DNA of 64,000 nucleotides from Podarcis muralis (lineage: Eukaryota). Location: positions 31,000,001-31,064,000 of the forward strand of contig NC_135656.1 in the NCBI RefSeq assembly GCF_964188315.1, given 5' to 3'. Positions 23,701-38,434 of the stretch are shown here, one piece after another (the stretch's first letter is position 1; every line of letters begins with the position of its first letter). The notes below the pieces were generated by a model. The model did not search any database. It had not been told where the DNA came from and saw nothing but the letters and a program-made list of their open reading frames with translations. The translations under genes were made by a program, and so were the position numbers.

Positions 23701-26700
23701 AGGTTAGATACAAAAGGCAAAGGGAAGCCTTGGGAGTCAGCTGCTAATTACTATGTCTTTTTCCCCACCATAATAACCTGACCAGATGTTATGGACTATA
23801 TTCAGGAGATGCGAAATGTCTTATATGATTTAGAGACAAGAATTCAGAAAACGAAATTAAACGTGGAGAACATTGGGCAGCTTATGCAGGTGTGTAGCGT
23901 GTGACAACTACTGAATTCTACTAGGCACTTAAAAAAGAGAAAAAGATTCTCCTTTATAAATTTTTAGTTTTGCCCTTCGCCGGGTGACTTATTTTTTCAA
24001 GCTGCAGTCAAAAGACATGTTCCACATATCTGGTTCTTCTTACAGGAATGGTCAGCTAGTCCTTTGTTTGAAAGGAAAGACAATAAGGAGACAGCCCTCC
24101 TTGATCTGGATGGGAAACAAACAAACATCCACAAACGCTATGGAGCAATCAGAGATGCCGGGCAGAAGATCCAGGCTATGGTTGAGGTGAGAAAGAGTGA
24201 GTTTTCATAGGAGTTAGAACAGCAGACAGTTCTATGTAGGGCTTATATCTGGTAATTATTTTTTTTTACAGAGATTGTTCCCAGACGTGGGCGTTATATC
24301 ACAAATGGTCATTCAAATCCCGTGTGTGTGTTTGTGTGTGGTTGCCATGTTAATTTTCACATATTTTCACTTTTTAAGCAATGGGCATTTGGTGCTATTC
24401 TGCCATTTGCTGTCCACACTGGTGAACTGATATTGGTGGAATAACGCACTGGAGGTGGGTTTTGTTATTGTTTCTGGTCCCTCCAACACTCAGTCGCTCC
24501 TCCCTCACCCTCTGCTGCCAGAAACAAAATGGTCAGGTGAAGCTCAGGCGAGAAGAAAATGTGTAGGGGTAAAGTAATAAGAGACCGCCCACCCACCAAA
24601 ACAGCAGCACGCCCACAAAGCAAACCACTTGGGCAAAGAAATGTGCTAACATTGGTGACATTGGATGTATAGCAGGTTGTTTTTACTTATCAGATGTCCT
24701 GTGGTAAGCGACAATCCAGATTAAATTGGAAAATAATAATAATGCAATATTAATTTATTACTTGTACCCCATTCATCTGACTGGGTTGACCCAGCCACTC
24801 TGGGCGGTTTCCAACAGGAAGACAGGCATTTTGATAAAGACAATTTAATTTCAATGCTGCAAAAAATGTGCATGCACAAACAGCCCCAATTCAAGAGCAG
24901 ACTTGCATCCGGGTGCACCCAAAACTTCTCTCAGTATACTATTCTGTATAAGCAAGTCCATACTCATGACAGGAAACAGTGAATATGATCGTGTATTTGA
25001 CATCTTGTATCATGTATTTGACATCTGATCATGTATTTGACATCTTGACTACCCTAAGGATAGTTTCTCTCAAGTGAATTCCAGATCAACATTCCATCTG
25101 GTGGTAGTTCTGACATTATTGGTGTAATTCTGGGAGTTACCCAAATGTTTTATGAGACAACATTAGGCTTTTATCACCATTAAAGCATACATCATCAGGA
25201 GAAGGAATCTCACCTGTCTGTTACAATGCGTATCCCAAGTAATGATTTTTCTGTTTGCAGGAAAATGCAGAATTGTTCAAGGCAGACAAGACAACAAGAA
25301 TGTGGTCTAATTATGTGGAATTCATAGATGAGATGATTTTAGATGGCTACTTTAAGTTTATCCGCAAATCGCTGCAATTTCTGCTCAGCAACATGTCTGC
25401 TGATGTACGTTGGTGAGCTTTCTGCGGGGTGGGAGGGTATTTCCTGAAGCATCAATTTATCAGTGGATATCAGTACCACATGCCAGAGCTTTGTCACCAC
25501 CTTCTGGTTGCTTAATTTCAGAACTAAGTAAATTCAAGCTTTGTGAGCAAAAGAACTAAGGTTTTGCAATAGGAATCAATTAAGCAGGGTGTGTGCATGC
25601 AAGCATTTTTTCTTACTAAGACCCGCTTATTCTGGTATATGTATATTTCTAATTTTTAACTGAGGATTTGGTGGTGGAAGGTAGGAAATTCGCAAAAGGT
25701 ATTGGAAGGGAAGTTTGTATAAATTTTAGACAAACTCCACTCCCATCCAGAGACATTATGGTTTCTGAGCATGCCTGTATATTATTTGCTAGTAGTGAAT
25801 GCTGGTGTCAAATAAGTCCACAACTTTTACTGATTACAGATGTAAGCAAGCATTGGGTGTGTATTCTGAAATCAACTAGCCTGCCTGCTTGTTGATGGAT
25901 ATTAGGGGTTGACCACTGTCAACCCCTAGGGTTGAGCACCCTAGGGCCCCATCTGATCACCTGCAGTAAAGCCCTTCAGCCCCCAAGTTGGGCGTCTAGA
26001 CTAAGGTTACCAGATTTTTTTCCAATGAATCCAGGGACACTTACTGTTTGCTATGTGCATGTGAATGCTGAGAAAGCTGTTAATCTGGGGACTGTCCCCG
26101 GGAAAACGGGGACATCTGGTAACCTTAATCTAGACAGGAAACACCCCTTCCAGACTCAAGGGGATACCCATTGCCATGGGATGGAGGGGCCCCCACACCC
26201 TTCTCTCCTTGACTTAAGTATCCAACCCAATGCCTTATCTACCCAAAAGTTGTGGTGATTTCTATGAGGTGGGCAGAAACTGCAGACAGGTCCAATTAGC
26301 CTGCAAGGCAAATTCCTCCCTGGCCCTGAATCCAACCACTGGGTAAATCCATAGCAAGGTCCAGCATAGCTAGGCCTGTATATCACCAACCAGGTGGCTT
26401 ATTTAACTGTTAGAACAAAGGGACGGGGAGGGGGAATCCAAAGAAGGCTGCAGTGCCCTCTGCTCATTTTATCTCATAAATCCTGGCTTTCCCTTGCCTG
26501 AACCTCGGAGGGCAGTGGAGAACTAGCGCCATAAATTGCTACGTCAGCCAGAAATCCCGTCAGCCGGAAACCCGTGGGGAATGGTAATTGTATACAAAAA
26601 GGGCTAGTGGTTGTGGGGAACTGACAGAGCAGTAGTAAACAATACTTTGAACGCAAGAGTGAAGACTGACCAATAAAGAGCGCACCGGTGCATTTCAGGC

Positions 26701-29700
26701 TTCTGTAGCCCCTTTGTTTGAAGTGCGCATGGAGCTGTATAAAGATGAATTGAGGTATCGTCCATCTCTGGAAGTGGGAGCAGAGGAAGGTTTTTTCGAA
26801 CTGGTGGAAAACCTGATGAACGATATCTATGATACAGCTAAGCTGATACCGCGACTGGCAAAAGGGAAGTCCAGCTATAAGGTTGGTCTGGGGCCTCCGC
26901 GCAGTGAGGCTTCTGTGGGTGCTAGGTTGACAACACCCAGTTTAAAGTGACATTCAAACTAGGCCAAGGTTTGTAATGGTACGTAGGATGTGTGGCTAGC
27001 ATATACTTCATAAGGAACTCGTAAGCATTGCTTTCGGGTCCCATGTAATGATCAGTTTTATCATTTTTGTTCGCAAGAGAATTCCTGCGAACATGTCTTG
27101 TAATGAAAATAAAGCACAGGAACATATGTGTCTGTCCACAAGCCCAGAATTCTTAGCTGCCCCCAAACTCTTGCCATGCTTGCATCTGACTTCCAAGCAG
27201 CTATTTTTCAATGTTCTTTCTATTCTATAGAAGCCATTTTGGCAAATAAGAGATATATAAATAAAAGAACAAATAAATAAATTCATTTTGTTCCAGAAGA
27301 AACACATAATAACTGTGAAATAATTACCAATTCTCAGTGGACAGAAAGCAAGCAACGGCCATATTGGTAGGCATGCTTTGGTCCCTCTCTGTTTCCACAT
27401 TTGACTATAGTTAAATATTTTCTCCATATGCTTGCTAAGGAAAACAATAAAGCAATCTGATTGCATACCCTTAGGACAGGAGGGTTGCAGTTGTCACCCA
27501 CATATTTCCATTTAGGTTGTAGGCACAATAACTTAAAAAGAAAAATAAAATTAAAAGAAAACTTCAGAATCCGAGGATTCTAGGCAAGCCAGAAAATTTA
27601 GTCCTAGAAAGTACAGCTGGGTTGCAGAGTGTGAATTTGACTATTCAGAGTTCCAGGTCACCTGTAAATGCTACAGGGAACATTGGTCAGTCAATGTTTG
27701 TGTGAGTATGTGAATGTTGTTAAGTTATCTCTTGGCATGGATACTTTGTTCATTTGGAATCTGGTGAACGTAAGATCTAAAGATCTACCTAGTCCAGCAT
27801 CCTATGTTCCAGCCAAGATGCTAGTGGGAAGCCCATATACTCGGCTTGTTCTTTTGTTTTCGTGCCTCCATTAATGATTCCCTGATGCTTTCAGGTTGAC
27901 CTAGAAGACATGGGAGAGTTGATGGAGATACGAGAGGAGATTGGGAACATTGTGGTCAATGCCATGAAACAAGGTGAAGAATACGAAGATTCATTTGAGA
28001 AATATTCGTACCTTTGGATGGATGATCCCCATGAATTCATGCAGCGCTTCCTCACTTTTGGCCATGCTCTAACCACTGAAGAGCTGGAGTCTCACGCAGA
28101 GGAGTACTTGCCTCATGTCGCGCCCACCCTTGACCAGTTTCAGCTACAGGTGAGGGTTGGAGTATGTCTATACGTTTCATCCAAATTGATGTGTGTGTTG
28201 AGTTCTCCATGGCACAAACTCCATCTTTATAACCCTACATCATCCCTCATGCAAGTGAGTAACATTGGAACATCCCTATTGCTTTCCTCTTTCCTCTTTT
28301 CTCCTCCTAGTCCCCATCTTTCCTCAGCAATGCACAAATCTTTGGGCATTTTCACACTAAAGATGAGTAAAATCGCTGTTTCTTACATCACCAGTTGGCA
28401 AAACTGGCATTGTCAGGAATGCACATAAAATTTATCTTCTACGTTCTTATTACACTTTTTAACAATCGACTCACACCCAGCACAAATAACTTGGGAGAAG
28501 CTTAAAGGAGTTCTTACGTGTCCTGTGTGTAAGTGGTTTTATCCCCTTCATAGCCCTGTACGCTGCCCCCCCCCCTTCCTAGTATCTTCACTAGGGGATT
28601 GTAAGTCCCCACTCACAGAGCAAAGCAGATTAGAATCCACCTGTCAGGGAGAGACACAAACTCTGAACTCAAAAATTCGAATAAAGTAGGTTTTCCTCTT
28701 AGGGCACTCTAGAGGATTTCCCTCTGTTCCCGTTACTGATGTGCATGTAGAAATTCTGCATCACAAGCTATCGCATCTCGTCGCCCCCTGCTGTTTCTAG
28801 ATTGACACTTATGAGAAGCTCTATGAAGAAGTGTCCAAGTTTGAGAATACCAGAGTGTTCAACGGTTGGCTGCAAAGTGACTGCCGTCCCTTCAAGCAAG
28901 CGCTCCTGAATACCATCAAACGCTGGAGCCTGATGTTCAAACAGCACCTCATCAACCACGTGACCACCAGGTAGGGTGGGGAATAATCTTGTCAGTTTCC
29001 AAGCTTTCCATTCCTACAGCCCCTCTCCCTGCATGTACGGTAATCGGCCACAATCAGCCAGTGCTCGGTTTACAAATCTGTGAATGCATTCTTTGAATCA
29101 GCACCTGTTATACGCAGCCTAAGTATTTTTTGTGTGAAAAAGCACTTCCTTTGTCTTGTATCACCCATCGTAACATCCAGTTTTAGTGGATATGTTAAGA
29201 GAGAGGGAGAAAAGTGACTTGAGACCTACTTTTATAAACCTCTATCAGGTCACCCAAGGGACACGGGTGGCGCTGTGGGTAAAAGCCTCAGCACCTAGGG
29301 CTCGCTGATCGAAAGGTCGGCGGTTCGAATCCCCGCGGCGGGGTGCGCTCCCGTTGTTCGGTCCCAGCGCCTGCCAACCTAGCAGTTCGAAAGCACCCCC
29401 GGGTGCAAGTAGATAAATAGGAACCGCTTACTGGCGGGAAGGTAAACAGCGTTTCCGTGTGCTGCGCTGGCTCGCCAGATGCAGCTTTGTCACGCTGGCC
29501 ACGTGACCCGGAAAGTGTCTCCGGACAGCGCTGGCCCCTGGCCTCTTAAGTGAGATGGGCGCACAACCCCAGAGTCTGTCAAGACTGGCCCGTACGGGCA
29601 GGGGTACCTTTACCTTTTTCATCAGGTCCCCCAATTACAAAAGCCCTGCTTTGCAACATGAAAGAAAAGGTTAGATCCCAGAGCTGAAGAAACTGGTGTC

Positions 29701-32700
29701 AGAGGAATCCCAGCTTGGGCAATTAATCATATTGGAATTAGCTTTCTAGACGTGGGTAAAATTTCAGCTGCTGTTGCTTCCATACTGCCCTTCAACCAAG
29801 GATCACAGCGTGGTTTACTACATAAAACACTGCATTTGGCTCACAGTTGTGGGATCAATAATATCTTTCTCTCCATACTCATAAGATCTCTAGAGGTCCA
29901 GAAAAATTGCAAGAGGGCAAGATGGAAATGGTTAGAAAGTGTTGCTTAAAACTAGGGCTGCCATATTTTGAAGAGCAAAGAAGACACATTTGCAGTTTAT
30001 TATTTTTATTTTAAATTGTTATTATAAAGCCACACATATACTCCAAAAAAAGAATGAGGATCAGAACAAGAAAATATTTTGAATATTCAGCCAACTCAGT
30101 GTTTGTTTGTTTTTAATTTGTACCAGAGACTGAAAGTAGCTCCACACTTGTAACAGTGATTGCATTCACTATGAGTGCATTGGTGTTACATTCATGTATG
30201 GAGACCTTAACATATAATGGTGCATGTTTTACATTCTTGCTTCATGTATTTGCTACTGTTACGAAAGCCACATAAAGTGCAGAGTGAGCCACTCTGATTG
30301 GGCTGGCATAGCCAAAAGTAACTACCCACCAGCCGGTGAATGAGCAGAGCAGTTCCCCCACTCGCCACTGCCACTCTTGAGCCCGAAAAAAGGGGGTTTG
30401 GATCAGCCTCGCTTCCCTCCACCCACTGAGCTGGTTAGCCACAGGGCAAGGGCGGCAAAGCCCCAGGCAGCCTTCACTTCCAGTTACCAGGGCTCCCGGG
30501 CATATCCCTCCATGGTTTCCAGCCTCAAGCTCTGTGGATCACGCAACAGGGGAGAAGAACAGCACAAGGACCGAATCATGGGACAACCATCTATTGGGCA
30601 GCTCTAGTCATGTGAAAGATGCTAGGCAGCCATTTCCTCTTCAACTCTAACAACAGGAAAGGTGTATATGTGTGCAGTGGTACCTTGGGTTACAAACACT
30701 TTGGGTTACAAACTCCGCTAACCCGGAAGTAGTACCTCGGGTTGAGAACTTTGCTCCAGGAGGAGAACAGAAATCATGCGCTGCTGGCGCGGTGGCAGCG
30801 GGAGGCTCCATTAGCGAAAGCGTGCCTCAGGTTAAGAATGGTTTCGGGTTAAGAACAGACCTCCAGAACAAATTAAGTTCGTAACCCGAGGTACCACTGT
30901 ATATATTATGTTATGTATATGCATAACCCAGACATTTTGCTATATTTTAAAAATCCACCCAGAAAGAAATTTTAAGGCTGAAGAAGGGTGTGTGTCCGGG
31001 AAAAAGAGGGCATATGGAAGCTCTAAGTTTATTTATGGTAATTTGGTACCTTCTCAAAGTAGTTAGAGGTTGTTATCCCTCTCCTCCCCCCCCCCCCCCC
31101 CAGGATGCCATCCTCTTTCCATAATGAGAAAGAACTAAATCCAATGTTTTGTTCCTTGTACTGTTAAAGTTAACCCCAACTGGAACCTTTTCCATTGCAG
31201 CCTTCAGGATCTTTCCACTTTCATGAAAGAAGTCAATGCAGGCTTAACCAAACCTGTGAAGGAAGGTGACTACGATGGGCTTGTGGAAGTGATGGGACAC
31301 TTGATGAGGGTCAAAGAAAGGCAGGTGGCTACTGACAATATGTTTGAGCCTCTAAAGCAAACCATTGAGTTGCTCAAACTATATGGAGAAGAAATGCCTG
31401 AAGAAATCCATATGCAGTTGCACGTGAGTTATTACAAATGGTTTTCACTCAATACATATTTGTTCATCTTTCATGTTGCCATTTTTTAGTGTGATCCAAT
31501 GACCTCAATGCTTTGTAGAAGACTAAATAAATATAGTGGGAAACCAGGCCAGAAATAACACCTCAGGAAAGTTCATGGGAATGTATCTGATAAACATAAT
31601 CTGAAAGTGATCACAATGTTGCCCACGATTGAAGCCATTGTGCATTACAATCTATTTGATATGATTGATTTCGCTTTGGACGTGCAGCATCATAGCATTT
31701 ATCCATTATTATTAACAGAGTTGGGGGGGGATTAAGTTCAGAAGTCTGCACATTTCCGCAGACCCTTACCAAACCAAAGTGTGTTTCCTTCTCCTCATAT
31801 TCAGATTTCCCCCCCTTCTTACCCTTCCTGCATTTGTTTTACCAAGCAAGCCCTCCCCCCCCCCAGCCCCACAGTGCTCTGAGAGGTTTGAGGGTTCTTC
31901 TTTGTTTGCTCTTAGGAATTGCCAGAACAATGGAATAACACCAAAAAGCTATCATTCCAAGTCAAGCAGAATGTGGCTCCTCTGCAGGCAAATGAAGTTA
32001 CCATTATCCGAAGGAAATGCCAACAGTTTGAGGTACCTTTCTCTTGCAGTGCAAGGTATTCTCTGCTCAACTGGCATGCTGAGCTCCCCACAGACCAAAC
32101 ATTCAGGGGGACCTGTAGGCCGAAGGCACTGACAGATGGGCTGCCTACCAACCATAGTCTCAATTTGGCAGCTGTCCAGAATGGACAAATCCATTCTCTC
32201 AGTTTTCCAGTGTGCAGTTTGCCACGTTTTTGCAACATTCCATGAAAATTCATCAGTGTTTCAGTGCACGTTTCTCCTGATAGGCAAAACTGCATATGAA
32301 AATGTGTCTTAACATACACATTTTTGCAAGCAGTTTTCCTTAATACAATGCCTCTTTTTTCTATTTTCTTAATTACCTGCATTTTTATCCCTGTTGTATA
32401 CATTTTGTACACATTCTTCAGCTGAATTTTGAGAAGTGTGAATTTTGAATGGTAGCTGTCTTTCAGTTTGTGCGTTGTTTTGGCAAGTGTGAGTTAACAT
32501 GCAGCTTAACAGACTTTCCATTTAACAGACTTGCCTCTTCCAGAATCTATTAACCTTTCAATAAAGTGTCAATACTTCATTTTTCATAATTTCTTCTCCC
32601 ATCGATCACTGTAATAATATCTATGAAGGAGGGACGGAAGGAATGTCCTCAGAATATTGCATTTTCAGAAAATTTAAGAACCGGTCCCATAGAAGTGTTT

Positions 32701-35700
32701 AATATTAAATATTCGTAGCATTCAAATTCATTAAGTGTCCCCATTGATATGGAGGAATGTAACACATGAAAATGCAAACCAGGCTGAATATCCTCCCCAT
32801 CCCTAGCAGCAGCAATAGCTGCTGCCTCCATTTCTAATTCTCTCCAGGGCAGAAACCTAGGTAGTATGTATGGAGGTCCTGGGCTGCCCAGACGACAAGA
32901 CCCCCCTCTTGGCCTCACTGATGTGGTCCAAAGGAAAATAAAGCCATATGTTTGGCACCACCTTGGCTGCAGGAGTTGCTGGAAGGAGGCATACCAGATG
33001 CCATCCAATTCCGAATCTACTTTGTTGTAAGATGCTGTGATGTCACAGCATGTAGTGGGCAGTGAGAACTTTTTAAAAAGAGGTGAGGTTGTAGCTCATG
33101 CTTTGCTAGTGTCTTGTCTTGCCCCACAGCCTGTGTCCTATTGTGAATGTTTTGGGCAGAACCCTCTGCTGCTGTTTCTGTAGATGGCGTCATCCAGATT
33201 GATCATAATTCTAACCTTGAGCCGCAGCCAACAAACTCCTGCCTTCCAGATGTGATGCTATGCGATCCTGCTTTAACTAGGATATTCTGCTCTCTCTCTT
33301 CTCCTCCAAACCCCTGCCCCCTCCAGATTAAGCAGCATGAGTTCAGGGAGAAATTCCGAGAAGAGGCACCGTTCACTCATGTTGATCCAGATCCATATAA
33401 ATCCCTCAATAAGGTAATTTACTACAAGTCAGGAAAGTCAATATGGGCAATATCTAGGCCTTCCTCAAATGCCACCTATTATAGTGTGCTTTTTAGTGCC
33501 ATAGTAAAATAGCATTTTCAAAAACTGGCTGAGAAATTTGGACTCAGTGGTTTCTCTTTCTTGGGGGCTGCATATGCATGTGGTTGCCAGTGACGAGTAG
33601 GGCATATGCCACCAACCATGCGTGAAGGAGACTTCAGTGGAGCAAAAGGTTAATCTAACTTTCCGGGCATGTTAGAGGGCATATCCCAGAAGCACATTGC
33701 AACATTACGCTTTCCAGTGCTGTACCCTTCTTGTTTGCTCTTTGCGTTCATCTGCCTGCAACTTTGACTAACCCACTTTCCATTTAATGCTTCCAGCAAC
33801 AAAGAATGATCACCAATATGGAGAAAGATATGGAAACCCTATCCAAATCTGCAGGCTTGTTTGAAGTGTCTGTCCCAGATTACAAACAGCTGAAGGCCTG
33901 CCATAAGGAAGTGCGCTTGCTCAAGGAGCTCTGGGATATGATTGTCTTGGTAAGACTTTGACCTTGTAATCTTAGGAAATGTCAGGTAGGGCAAGTGAAA
34001 GAACTCTGCATCCAGAGGTTGAATTCTACCATGAGGAAATGAGAATAATGATGTCAATACCCCAATTGCTCTCATTTTTTTTATGGCTGAATTGAATCTT
34101 TTGCACCCCATTCGCTGCACTGTGGTTCCGATCTAGATCAGTGCCACCATGACTGCAAATTACTTTGTGGAGGGGGGGGTCCCGTTGAGCGAATGCAATC
34201 TCCCCCCACAATGCTGATTGGGGGGCGGGGGAGGGACTCACAACAGGGATCCAATTTGGATTGAGCCTCCTGCACTGACAATTGATAAAAGAAAAAGCTT
34301 GCACTCAATGGCAAGCTATATAATAAATGTTACCAGTAGTTTGGCCCAAAGTCTTCATGCTTCCTCATCCAGGGCAGCTCATGTTTAGCTTCCTTTGGAA
34401 CTGCTTGCCAATTGAGGGAATTGGGAGCATGTAATGAACCCTATGACTGCATTGTGATAATGGAAGAAATGGAGTTGTGGAGCAAAGGACGTTGTTGGCA
34501 GATAGGGCAGGAAGTGATTTCCAAGTAGGTTCTGCTCCCAGTACCACTCTGATAATTTCCCCAAGAACAAAGGTAGTAATTCAGTGACTCCTGGGTGTTT
34601 TCTGTATTTACTTCTATAGAGCTCGCATGCTGTTGCATTCAAATGCAAGCTTGTTCATGTAGCCCTTAAATAGCATATGGTGAACATGGCAAGGGTACTC
34701 CCTTCCTCACAACATATGATCTGACATTTTATGGAGCTTCGGCTTTTTAATTTATTAAAGTTTACTTCTCCATCTCCAGCACAGAAACACCCACTGCCTT
34801 TTGTAGAAAGGAGATGGGATATACTCGCAGTGGATAGAAGTGAGTGGTAGTAAAGGATTTAAAAATAAAATCCATTTCCCCCAACGTCTAGAAAGGTCCT
34901 ACTGTAACAGTTCTGTTCCCCTTTGAGATGCAAGATCTGTTAATGTTTCCAAATAGTCGCATTGTAAATATTCTATTCAGCTAGCGAAAACAGCGAAAAA
35001 TATGATTCCCCACCCATTCAGGTCAATGAAAGTATTAATGACTGGAAGACAACCAAGTGGAAGGAAATTAATGTCGAGCAAATGGATCTTGATTGCAAGA
35101 AATTTGCTAAGGATGTGAGAGCCTTAGACAAGGAAATGAGAGCATGGGATGCTTTTGTGGGACTGGATAACACAGTCAAAAATATGATGACCTCTCTCCG
35201 AGCTGTGACTGAGCTCCAGAATCCAGCTATTCGAGACAGACATTGGAAAGAACTGATGGAGGCCACACAGGTAACTGATACAAGCTACAGTGAGTATCTA
35301 CAATTTTCCATTCATCCGTCTGTCGCCAGCTGATCCGGCTCCGTTTCCAACTTTTACTTCTGTAACAGGTGAGGTTCACCATGTCTGAGGAGACGACGCT
35401 TGCAGATCTACTTCAGCTGAATCTTCACAAATTTGAGGATGAAGTTCGCAGTATTGTGGACAAGGCTGTGAAAGAGTCGGGGATGGAAAAGGTACTGCTC
35501 TTGCCCTAGCCATTCCATGCCCATCAATCAAATGCAGCTTTCAGATACTTCCTGCTTCTCACTCCTATAAAAATGCTAAAAGATAACGCTTCATTTCCTA
35601 CATTTGGAAGTAGATCTGAGATAGGCTTCTCTGACTTTAACATTACAGTGGTACCTCGGGTTACATAAGCTTCAGGTTACATACGCTTCAGGTTATAGAC

Positions 35701-38392
35701 TCCGCTAACCCAGAAGTAGTGCTTCAGGTAAAGAACTTTGCTTCAGGATAAGAACAGAAATCGTGCTTCGGTGGCATGGCGGCAGCAGGAGGCCCCGTTA
35801 GCTAAAGTGGTGCCTCAAGTTAAGAACAGTTTCAGGTTAAGAACAGACCTCCGGAACGAATTAAGTACTTAACCCGAGGTACCACTGTATTATTCCTGAT
35901 AATATTGTGCACAGGTGAAACACATGGAAATTTTAAGTTTCTTACTTCCTCCTTTTATATACTGCATTTCCTCTTCGAAATAGACGTGCATAAAATTTGA
36001 TAAGGCTGCACATGCCTTATCATCAGTTTGTTTATCCATGTCTTGGGTGGTGAACCATTTTCAGCCAAAAAGCCACATCTCTTGGCGAGCACCATTTCAG
36101 TGTTGACATGGCAGTGGTAACTGAAGCCAGAGGCAAAAGCAGGGAGAGCAATGGATGTGACTGTTACACTCCAGCCACATGAGTCTACTGACTGGGATCA
36201 GAGAGTGGAACCACCATATTCCAATGCTTAAAGAACCACACTGTCTTCTGGTTCTTTTAGTGCTCACCACTAAAGCCCTATGCAGCTCAAGGCCTGGGTA
36301 CCTGAAGGAGCAACACCTGCCAAGGTCATTCATGGAGGTTTTCCTTCCTTTGCCATCTGAGGAGAGGCAGATGGTGACCAGGGAGAGAGATTTCTCAGTG
36401 GTGGGCCCCCGCTTAAGGAATTCCCTCTCTAGAAAGGCTCACTTGGTGCTTACTCTGTTATCTTTTGGCATAGGGCAAATCCTTTTTCTTTTTTCTTATT
36501 TTTTTGTTCTACGTCTTAACTGGTTGCAACGGCTGCTCTGTTGCTATTTTTACTATGATATTATTATGACTGATTTTTGATTTGCTGTATTTTGTGTATT
36601 TTATTGTTTAAGTCTTTTATGAGTTCCCCCCTCCCTCAGAGCCGTTTGACTGACAGATGTTATAGTATAGTTTGACAAAGCCCGTAATGTGCTGAATTTT
36701 GCAGTATGTGGCAGGATTATAGACCGTTGGGTTCTTTTTAATAACAAAATTATGTGTTCTGCCTCCACGGTCGGAAGCAGTACCATTAATTGGCAGTGGA
36801 ACATGCTCCTTCAGAGTATATTAACCCTTAAGAAGCGCTAAAGTAGTTTCAGAAAGGGAGAGTGAACAATACCATCATAGTGCCTCTTCACTAATTCTTG
36901 GAATTTCATGGACATTTTGCAAGTTTTTAGTTTGAAATCTTATCAGGTTAAAAATCTTTCCTGGCTGCTTTTGTTTGAAGGTATTGAAGGCTCTTGATAG
37001 TACCTGGTCAACTATGCAATTTGAACACGAGCCCCACCATAGAACTGGGACCATGATGCTCAAGTCTGATGAGGCACTGGTAGAGACCCTTGAAGAAAAT
37101 CAAGTGCAGCTCCAGACCCTGATGACTTCAAAGTATTTAGCACATTTCCTTCAGGAGGTCTCCAGCTGGCAGCAGAAATTATCTACAGCTGACTCTGTGA
37201 TAAGCATCTGGTTTGAAGTCCAGAGAACCTGGAGCCACCTAGAAAGCATTTTCATTGGCTCAGAGGACATTCGCAATCAGCTCCCAGAGGACTCCAGGCG
37301 CTTTGATACCATTGACAAGGATTTTAAGGTGGGCATGGCCCTTTACCTGCCCTAATTTTCACATGCAAAAACGACAAAAACTGGAGCAGCTGACAAGTCC
37401 ATCCTCTTTTCTTGCAGGAATTAATGGCTGATGCAGTAAAAACCCCGAATGTGGTTGAAGCAACAAATAAACCAGGTCTCTATGACAAACTAGAGTCCTT
37501 GCAAAAAAGGTAAGGAAGGCGTTATTTTCCTGCTTGATTTTGTCAAGTGTAAGCAGCTGGCTGGATTTACTTACTGAGAGAAGAAGCAAATCACAGGCTG
37601 CGTAAGTTCAGTTATTTAGGACAGGGTTCTGGTTGCAGTTTCTTGAATTAAGAGGTCTTTTAATTTTAGGCCCAGAAAGACAGTTGCAGATGCCTATTTA
37701 TCAGTGGTTTGTTTTAAATGGCAGCAGGACTGGCCCTAACATTGGACAGAGTGCGGCAGTTGCCTCAGGCAGCCAAGTAATGTGTTACTTAATTTGCATT
37801 TTGATTTTTACTTCCAGAGATGAAACTTGTGTGCTATGCACCATGAAGTGCTGGGGAATAGCATTTGTCAGTATCTCTCAGGCTTGCACTGAATGGCAGC
37901 CCTGTCATGGTGCAACCATTATTCGGAACTGAAGAGAAACAGAGCAGGCACCATGACTACCATTTTCAAAGGAGGTGAAATCTGCATGTAGCAAAACACC
38001 TAAGCTGGGATCTGGAATCCAATAGCAGCTCACCCTTCATACCCTGACACCTTTTCTGCCTGGGTCTCGACTGCTTTCCATGGTATCTCCTGGCATCTAT
38101 AATGACCCAGGTGTAATTAATGTAAACATCCGCGTGAATAAGCTGCTTTAACACTTGGGCTGAGCATGTATTCCTTTCAATTAGAAGTGTTCAGATGTCA
38201 GTCAAATGATGAGGATTAAAGAGGCTTTGAAAATGGCCTGTGGTAGCGAACATAGAAAGCATAATGTGAATGCCAGGTTTTATAACTTCCCTTGATATGA
38301 CATCTGAAGCATCTCAGTGGAGCAGTGCAAAGCACCATTTGCTCCCAGTTTAGAGTGCTTTTGTTGTTTGTTTGTATAGACATAGAACTGTC

Positions 38393-38434
<42 letters not shown>

